Made by a program: the position numbers and the translations under genes. Under the pieces are notes generated by a model. That model was not told the origin of the DNA, did not search any database, and worked only from the letters and a program-made list of their open reading frames with translations. Positions 57,570-64,000 of a stretch of 64,000 nucleotides of DNA are shown here, in pieces (the first letter of the stretch is position 1; every line of letters begins with the position of its first letter). Source of the DNA: Akkermansia sp. (GTDB lineage Bacteria; Verrucomicrobiota; Verrucomicrobiia; Verrucomicrobiales; Akkermansiaceae); contig JAFQGF010000010.1 in NCBI GenBank assembly GCA_017415555.1, forward strand, positions 1,272 to 65,271, in the 5' to 3' direction.

Positions 57570-57741
57570 AAAAGCAGCCGAAGAATAACCCTTCCCCCAT
57601 TTTTTCTCCCGCCACGAACAACATTCGTGGCGGATTTATTTTTAAGCAACAGTAACACTACTGCGGACATTTTGCAAAGGAAAAGCCCGTTTCGGGCCAT
57701 ATCAAACGGCTGAAACGGGCTTTTGAGCCACAGAAAGTCCG
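57570..57741. repeat. Direct repeat, copy 2 (~170 bp)
   Basis: Near-identical to 55716-55884; its second hairpin could terminate the convergent Sel1-like gene. Confidence 0.95.
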
Positions 57742-57762
57742 CGAGTACAGGTGGCGGAGCAC

Positions 57763-60132
57763 TTACTCCCGCACAATTTCCCAGCCCCCGGCAGCAATAT
57801 TGTGTGCGCGCAGGTAGTCCCGCTCGGCGACTGGCATGCGTAGTGACGTTACGCTACGCACCCCGGACTTTATCGCAAAGTCGGCAAGGGCACGGTCACA
57901 CTCGCGGCAAACCAGGTGCGCCCCCGCCAGCTTGTCCGCCGGCAGCCGTGTCACATCCTGCCCCGTCTGAGTATAAGCCAACTTATGCTCCGCGACAAGC
58001 GCCATGTCAGCACTACCCTCCTTCAAAGCAGGCAAGGCCTTTCTTGCAGCTATGGCACGCTCTTCATGGCATGCCTCCCTGTATTCATACTCCGCAAACT
58101 GGCGCCAGAACTCCACATCTGCGGCCTTCAGCACGGCAGGCTGTACAGTCTCCGCCAGCGCCAGGGCACGCAGGCGCAGCTCCCGGGTCTCTTCCGCATT
58201 AAGGGAGTCTGCCTTAAGCGCCAGCCTGAAGTACAGCAGGCGCAGGGGCGCAATAATCCCCTGTAGCTCCGGATGCACGGCAGCATAGGCCTGCAACTCA
58301 TCATCCAGATGCAGGCTGTATTTCTCGCCTCCGGGGGAATGCCGCATGTGAATGCGAGCATACAGTCGCCTCACACCATCGTCCCCGGCCCCGTCCCACA
58401 CGCGCTGCCACGCATCGGCACTGCATTGGGACAAGGCCCGGCGGTAGCAATGCGTAGCCGTCAGCGGATTCGGCTCCATCCCATACAGCCCCTCCCAGAA
58501 AGCAGTGTAGAGGAACCAGGATGCGTCGGCAGAACCTCGCTCGCTGGCTTCTGCCATCATGTCCAGGCTCTCCTGCGTAAAGGCACCCAGGAACTTTACC
58601 TGTCGCCAGGCCAGCATATAAAGAGCCTGTGCAATTTTGGCGTCGGCAAGCTGCTGCAACAAGGCCAGCTGCTCATCAGAAATCGAAGCTCCGTTCTTGA
58701 AGGCACGCAGCACATCCTCAGCCAGCTCCGCCCCCCGAGCAAACCCCTCCGCGGCCTCTTTCGTATCCGGGCTTTCCTCCAGCACATGCTGCATCTTCTT
58801 CAACCATTGCACAATTTCGCGGTTGTCGCCCTCCTCCGTATCCGGCCTTTCCAGGTATTCAAGCTCCTCTTCAGCGGGGGCTGTCTCTACGCCATGCAGT
58901 AACATATCCCACACCTGCATGGCCATCTTGAAGGTCTCCGCCTCCTGCCCGGAAAACGCAGCCAGATAGTCGGTCAGCTTTGCCTGCGCGACCAAACGCA
59001 TGAAAAGCCTGCTCACCTCACGCTCCGTGGCATCCGGCAGAGAAATCCCCGGGCAGTATACCTGCATTACAGCCTTCCGCCCATGGGCGCTATTCAGATA
59101 ATCTTTCTGCGGGTCAAACTTCACCGCCTCAGCCAAACGATATAAGCGGGAGGCTTCCTCCGGCTCTTCCTGCGCGCAAATCTCTGCCGCCGCCTGCAGA
59201 CAAGCCGGGTGCCCCAGATTCGCCCCTTCAATTAAAGCCCTACGCTCCAATTCACCCCCCACTAGGTCAAGATTTTCCGGCAGACTGTGGTAAAGCCGGC
59301 TCAGGCGGTAAGAGGCCAGCCCGGTCACCTCCTTATCCTCCCCCTCCATTTGTCGCAGCGCTGCCACCTGCAGCGGCAGGGCGGCCTCACCTTTCAGGGC
59401 GGCAGCCCGTGCCAGACTCAATCGCAGGTTGTCGCGGAGTGCCGCAGAATCCACCAACAGAAACTCCCCGGCCACAGCACCTCGCAATGCATGGCTCATG
59501 GCTTTCTCCACATCCACACCAGCACCCATTTCTTCGTACAGATAGGACATCGCCAGAGCTACCTGAGCATCCGGCGCATCAGGCAGAGTCTGCAAACGCG
59601 TTACAATACCGCGATTCCATTCTTGCTTTTCGGCTTCGCTCCGCTCCGGCTTCTGCTCCTGAAAAGGATTCTCACCCAATACCTGCACCACGCCTAAGCC
59701 GCTCTCCGGTCCCAACCCTTGCAATACCCTCATACACTCTTCCACCAATCGAGCCTCCCGGGCTTTATCCCCCACGCGTTTTACATCGGCCATCTCCAGA
59801 AAAATACAGCCCAGCCACACCGCAGGGGACTTCTGCAGAATCCGAGCTCGTATGGTCGCAGCCTCCTCACCGGACTTCCCCCCCAAAGAGAGAAAATCCG
59901 GCAATGTGCTGTGTATCGTCAGGCGGGATTTCAGCACTCGACTACACTGTTTCGGCACAGGGAGTTTCTGCAGCAATTCTCGGGCCTCCTGCGGCGACAA
60001 TTTATCCACATTCTGCAACACAGGCAACAGCTCCGCAGGCGTTTCTACAGAATCCGGCACCGGCATATCGGCAGCAGGAGCAAACATGGCAGCGGGCACA
60101 CTCAGAAAGGGGGCAAGGTAGTACAGGTTCAT
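57763..60132 (-). CDS. Sel1/TPR-like repeat protein
   Basis: AQVALAMSYLYE.MG..VDVEKA and A.ERG.ADA.W.L......G.YG helical repeats; TTGACA-16-TAGAAT promoter upstream of ATG 60132. Confidence 0.7.
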   Translation of the reverse strand: MNLYYLAPFLSVPAAMFAPAADMPVPDSVETPAELLPVLQNVDKLSPQEARELLQKLPVPKQCSRVLKSRLTIHSTLPDFLSLGGKSGEEAATIRARILQKSPAVWLGCIFLEMADVKRVGDKAREARLVEECMRVLQGLGPESGLGVVQVLGENPFQEQKPERSEAEKQEWNRGIVTRLQTLPDAPDAQVALAMSYLYEEMGAGVDVEKAMSHALRGAVAGEFLLVDSAALRDNLRLSLARAAALKGEAALPLQVAALRQMEGEDKEVTGLASYRLSRLYHSLPENLDLVGGELERRALIEGANLGHPACLQAAAEICAQEEPEEASRLYRLAEAVKFDPQKDYLNSAHGRKAVMQVYCPGISLPDATEREVSRLFMRLVAQAKLTDYLAAFSGQEAETFKMAMQVWDMLLHGVETAPAEEELEYLERPDTEEGDNREIVQWLKKMQHVLEESPDTKEAAEGFARGAELAEDVLRAFKNGASISDEQLALLQQLADAKIAQALYMLAWRQVKFLGAFTQESLDMMAEASERGSADASWFLYTAFWEGLYGMEPNPLTATHCYRRALSQCSADAWQRVWDGAGDDGVRRLYARIHMRHSPGGEKYSLHLDDELQAYAAVHPELQGIIAPLRLLYFRLALKADSLNAEETRELRLRALALAETVQPAVLKAADVEFWRQFAEYEYREACHEERAIAARKALPALKEGSADMALVAEHKLAYTQTGQDVTRLPADKLAGAHLVCRECDRALADFAIKSGVRSVTSLRMPVAERDYLRAHNIAAGGWEIVRE

Positions 60133-60237
60133 ATCTACCCCGCATTCTATCACACGGCTCCTGTTTGTCAACTAGAAAACATTTATTGTCGCAGCCCGGC
60201 ATGCCCAATAAGCCTCGCCCCCCCAAAAAACAATTCC

Positions 60238-60996
60238 TCACTTTTGCATCTGCAACCACTCCACCACACCTGCTGCAAGGGAGCGGGCGAGTTGCCGGGC
60301 TTGCGCCTCCCGGCGAAGGTAGTCCACATGCGGGCGGTAATTCACATACAATGCCTCGAACACAATGGCAGGAATCCCGGCTGCGTCCAGCGCATTCAGC
60401 CACCCGGCAGAAGGCTGGGTGCCAATATAGCGAGGCAACACTTTTACACCATGCATCAGATTGGGGTGTTTGCGCCTCAACACATTGCACACGGTACCGG
60501 CCAGCTCCCTGCCTTGCTTGCAGTTGCAGAGGATGAGCCCTGCGGGAGCTTTGCTCACCCACTTTCTCCCGGTGCTGTTAAGATGCAGAAAGACAACACA
60601 ACGGGCCTGCAAATCGATGGCACGATCCGCACTCACCATGCCGCAGCCGATGTGTTCCGGGTAATGTGTGGAGGGGTAGCGCTTTGCGCCACGGTCCGGC
60701 TTGTTGAGCTGCACCACTCCGGCTGCACGGCAGGCCGCCTTCAGGGGCTCCTTATCAGGAGCAAGCCCCCGGTTCAGCACCACACAGGAGTACCCCTCCG
60801 CCTCGATGGCGGCTTTCACCTCCCCGGCATAGGTACACCAGAACTCGTACTCATTTATCGTGCCATCCGGCGATGCGGCGCCGCGCGCGGTCGTCTGGTG
60901 GCCTATATCTATCACCACCGCCCCTCCCCCCACCGCAGGTGGCAAACTGCAAGCTGTCGTCAGCAGACTCAACAGAAAAAAGAACAAATACCTCAT
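60238..60996 (-). CDS. N-acetylmuramoyl-L-alanine amidase (Amidase_3) lipoprotein
   Basis: VIDIGH, GA, E, FLHLNS and PAIVFE zinc-ligand pattern; TTAC lipobox-like sequence. Confidence 0.85.
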   Translation of the reverse strand: MRYLFFFLLSLLTTACSLPPAVGGGAVVIDIGHQTTARGAASPDGTINEYEFWCTYAGEVKAAIEAEGYSCVVLNRGLAPDKEPLKAACRAAGVVQLNKPDRGAKRYPSTHYPEHIGCGMVSADRAIDLQARCVVFLHLNSTGRKWVSKAPAGLILCNCKQGRELAGTVCNVLRRKHPNLMHGVKVLPRYIGTQPSAGWLNALDAAGIPAIVFEALYVNYRPHVDYLRREAQARQLARSLAAGVVEWLQMQK

Positions 60997-61925
60997 GGAA
61001 GCAGAGAAAGATAGATGAGAGCCGGCGCATCGGATGGCTCAGTCCCCTTGGGGACTGGCAGCAGTACATATTCCCCGTAATCCAGGTACAGCACTGCAGC
61101 ATCCTCACAACGGGAGAAACTCATGCGCTTAATGCGCGGACGGCGAGCCTGCGGATTCTCCATATAGTAATTCAGCAGGGTACGCACACGTTTGCGGTCG
61201 GGTTCGTTCAGAATGGGGCAGATGTAGAGATCTATTTCGCCACTGATGTCGAAATGAGGGCGGAGGGTAAAGCGGCGTGTGCGCCGGATATGACTGAGGG
61301 CAAAGGATGTAGCACCTGTTTGGCAAGTGACGCGGAAATCGCCATCCGGCAGACGAAAACTGTGCAGATACGGAGCCTCCGCCGGCAAGCGCTCCTGCAC
61401 CCCCTCAGCAAGCGCACCGGGGCTGTCCCAAGCAGCCCGGGCAAACACAGAATCACCATGATTCCCCTGACAACTCACCCTCAGCGTGCTCTTGCTGCTC
61501 TCCAGATAATCAAACCACCAACACAGCGGCACACAGACCCCCAGTGCAAACAACAGTAGCCACACATCCCACCAGCGCCGCATATACCCAGGCTTGGCTA
61601 CCGGATAGACCAGCGGCAACTCCATCTGCACCTCCTCCGCAACTACCTCGGCAGCCACCTTTTTCTCGCGCCGACGCTCCACATAAAAACGCACGCCCCA
61701 CCATACGATCACCGCCAGTATAAGCACCGGCACAACAAGACCGCCCATGCATGCCACCCAGCGGAGAGGCACATACACAGGCACATAGCCGTAAAAATCC
61801 ACCTCCCACACCATCGCATGGCAGGCTAGGCAGCCAAGCAGCACAAACACAAGCCACAGCATCACCAGCCTTCGCAGCAGGATGAGCCGGGGATGTCGCA
61901 GATATGTGCAGAGTCGCTCCTTCAT
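60993..61925 (-). CDS. Hypothetical membrane protein
   Basis: Three TM segments; ATGA overlap with the amidase; TTGACA-18-TATAAT promoter 8 nt before ATG. Confidence 0.7.
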   Translation of the reverse strand: MKERLCTYLRHPRLILLRRLVMLWLVFVLLGCLACHAMVWEVDFYGYVPVYVPLRWVACMGGLVVPVLILAVIVWWGVRFYVERRREKKVAAEVVAEEVQMELPLVYPVAKPGYMRRWWDVWLLLFALGVCVPLCWWFDYLESSKSTLRVSCQGNHGDSVFARAAWDSPGALAEGVQERLPAEAPYLHSFRLPDGDFRVTCQTGATSFALSHIRRTRRFTLRPHFDISGEIDLYICPILNEPDRKRVRTLLNYYMENPQARRPRIKRMSFSRCEDAAVLYLDYGEYVLLPVPKGTEPSDAPALIYLSLLP

Positions 61926-62016
61926 CGCCCTCCATTATAGAAGCATACAACACCCACTGTCAACGGAAAAAACAACACATCATAAAAAAAACGGCCAATA
62001 ATACAGGGTCCACCGT

Positions 62017-62164
62017 TACGCGTTGGAACAATTATTCCCTTTCTTGTTATAAGGGAATACGGAATCGGAGCTTATCGGGCAGAGCGAGAGCACATGCCCG
62101 TCATCTCCCCGACAACTTGAAACAGAGTGGTCGGCCTCTCAGAAACGCCCGATTTCCACGCGTA
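62017..62164 (+). ncRNA. Candidate multi-junction structured RNA
   Basis: Closing stem TACGCG-TGGAA/TTCCA-CGCGTA enclosing four further stems. Confidence 0.4.
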
Positions 62165-62186
62165 TCTGCAATCTGCAAAAAGCGCT

Positions 62187-63257
62187 TTACAGCCTGCGGC
62201 CAAACACGGCAGAGGCACGCCCGCTGGCCTCCAGCACAGAGCGGCGGGCGGCAGGCAGCACATCCCGGGGCAGCTCCGCATACCCCAGACGGTCGCGGAA
62301 ATAGACCACGGCACTCTGAGAAATGGCAAATATCCACTCAAACCCCAAAGCCCGCGCCTTGTCCTCAATAAAACGGCACATAGCGCGGCCATAGCCATGG
62401 CCCTCGTAGTTTTTCTTAATAAAGAGACACCCCAGCTCCGCGCAATTATCTGCCGCGTAGGGATAAAGAGCCACGCAGCCCACGATGGTATCGTCCAGCG
62501 TATAGACGTAATAGCTATCCAGATTATCGCGAATACTCTCATAGGTACGCTCCACCAGTTTGGAGTCCACCACACAGCGGGCTATCATCGAAAGCAGCTC
62601 CGGGATGTCATCCTCCTGCAGGGGGCGTATTTCGCGATAGGAGTCGGCATGCACCATGGTGCCCACGCCCTCCTCAGAGAAAATCTCGTCCAGCAACACA
62701 CCGCGGTGCTGTCCATCCAACAGGTGCACGCGGGGTATACCACGGCGGCAGACCACTGCAGCCTGCTGCAACACCTCCGGCTGCGAACAGGTAGAGCACA
62801 CCTCATGCGTCACGTCACTCTCGCGTATGGCAAAAATGGGCTGGCCATCCCGCCGGGGAATGCCGCCGGCCTGCAGGCAAATGTATTTGGCCGCGCCCAG
62901 TTCCACAGCCAGAGAAACGCTGCCCACATCAAACTGCCCGGCCACACCGGAAGGCACAATGGCCACCTGACGGCGCTCCACGATCTCCTGCACTCGCGCC
63001 ACTGCCGCCGGGCCCGCTGTCAGGGGCAACTCTGCCACGGCCGCGTGCACCTCGCAGGCCCCGGCACGGCGCATGAGCAGCGAAGACTCCTGCCCCTCTG
63101 CCACCAATACCAGCCGCACACCGATTTCATGCAGGGCATCCACATCCAGCAGAGTATCCACCAAGGCCTCCGCAGCCACCAACTCTTCGCAAATATGCAC
63201 CACGAAGAGTCGACCGCGGAAATAAGGCACGTATTCCAGAACAGAGCGTACGTTCAT
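62187..63257 (-). CDS. argA: Amino-acid N-acetyltransferase (N-acetylglutamate synthase)
   Basis: YVPYFRG..FVV, RVHLLDG...G.LL.EIFS.EGVGTMV and GNAT domain GCVALYPY...AELGCL...G.GYG. Confidence 0.9.
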   Translation of the reverse strand: MNVRSVLEYVPYFRGRLFVVHICEELVAAEALVDTLLDVDALHEIGVRLVLVAEGQESSLLMRRAGACEVHAAVAELPLTAGPAAVARVQEIVERRQVAIVPSGVAGQFDVGSVSLAVELGAAKYICLQAGGIPRRDGQPIFAIRESDVTHEVCSTCSQPEVLQQAAVVCRRGIPRVHLLDGQHRGVLLDEIFSEEGVGTMVHADSYREIRPLQEDDIPELLSMIARCVVDSKLVERTYESIRDNLDSYYVYTLDDTIVGCVALYPYAADNCAELGCLFIKKNYEGHGYGRAMCRFIEDKARALGFEWIFAISQSAVVYFRDRLGYAELPRDVLPAARRSVLEASGRASAVFGRRL

Positions 63258-63304
63258 AACGTGCGTGTACTTTGTGCGGGTGTTCCCGGGATTAGGACAG
63301 ATTC

Positions 63305-64000
63305 TCAGAGAGCCTCGCCGTCTTCTTCCCCGCCCATGGCCAGCACGCCGGGGTTGCTCTCGCGCTTCACCTTACCCATCACCTTCTTGCGAGGCATGGT
63401 GAGCTTCTTCTCTGCCTTCATGCGCACGCCGGGCATAGGAGCCCCGCTTACACTCTCCCCCTCCGGCAGTTCCATCGTGGGGGAGAAAGAATCCATCGGC
63501 TCTGTGATGCCGGGCATCTCGGGCAATGCATCGAGCTGCGGAGCGGCGGGCTCCGCGGCTTTGGCACGAGCGGCAATCTGGCTCATCTGTTCGCGCAGCA
63601 GGGAGAGCAAATCACCATTCCCCAGAATATCCGTCACATCAGCATCCTCCTCCTCGGCATTGCTGCCGGGCAGAGAAGCCAGGAAGTCCTCAAATGCGTT
63701 GAGATTCGTGGTGCTGCGGAAGAGGTTGTTGAGGATTTCGAACTGGATATTGTTCATCAGCGCCTCGAAAATCTCATAGGCCTCGCGCTTGTACTCAACG
63801 AGCGGGTCACGCTGCCCCTGGGCACGCAGGCGCACACCCTCGCGCAGGGCATCCATGTCCGTTATGTGCTGCTGCCAGAGCTTATCGATAGCCTGCAGCA
63901 TGATGCTGCGCTCCATCTGGTCCACACGGTCCGGTCGCTCGCCAGCCACCTTCTTCTCATACATCTCGCGCACCTTCTCGATGATAACCTGAGCGGCATC
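63305..64000 (-). CDS. secA: Preprotein translocase SecA, C-terminal part (window edge)
   Basis: ER.IML..ID.LW.QH...MD.LREG..LR..GQRDPLVEYKREAY..F. Confidence 0.95.
   Translation of the reverse strand, partial: DAAQVIIEKVREMYEKKVAGERPDRVDQMERSIMLQAIDKLWQQHITDMDALREGVRLRAQGQRDPLVEYKREAYEIFEALMNNIQFEILNNLFRSTTNLNAFEDFLASLPGSNAEEEDADVTDILGNGDLLSLLREQMSQIAARAKAAEPAAPQLDALPEMPGITEPMDSFSPTMELPEGESVSGAPMPGVRMKAEKKLTMPRKKVMGKVKRESNPGVLAMGGEEDGEAL

Noticed and set aside
62100-62160. CTGAGA on the minus strand suggesting a TPP riboswitch
   Set aside because: No CCTGAT...TAAT...CGNAGG half follows, and no thiamine gene is downstream

Overview
A ~58-60% GC, gene-dense stretch of bacterial chromosome that is mostly housekeeping genes: nadC (partial), dprA, fabH, mfd, tig, rpoA-rplQ, a long GreA, a Yej/Opp-type ABC transporter, rimO, obgE, rpsB-tsf, ilvC, tpiA, aroC, dnaB, lpxA, rlmH, mutS, argA, secA (partial), tRNA-Val(CAC) and tRNA-Asn(GTT). 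lpxA and a C-terminal-Phe beta-barrel indicate a diderm. The 645-aa GreA and the overall protein style suggest Verrucomicrobiota, probably Akkermansia-like (inference, no search run). No integrase, transposase, prophage or CRISPR array was seen. Accessory signals: (1) a coupled ABC/AAA ATPase + PD-(D/E)XK nuclease + 2x DUF1287 operon, a candidate defence system; (2) a lower-GC primase-helicase-PLD gene next to an unannotated membrane-protein gene remnant; (3) a 334-bp nested-palindrome REPIN/MITE-like element; (4) a two-gene cassette bracketed by ~170-bp direct repeats that carry a terminator and an antisense promoter; (5) several intergenic regions that fold by eye into multi-stem RNAs matching no family I recognise, the best being 5800-6090 and 62017-62164; (6) recurrent promoter geometry implying leaderless mRNAs. 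All calls come from manual motif reading only.
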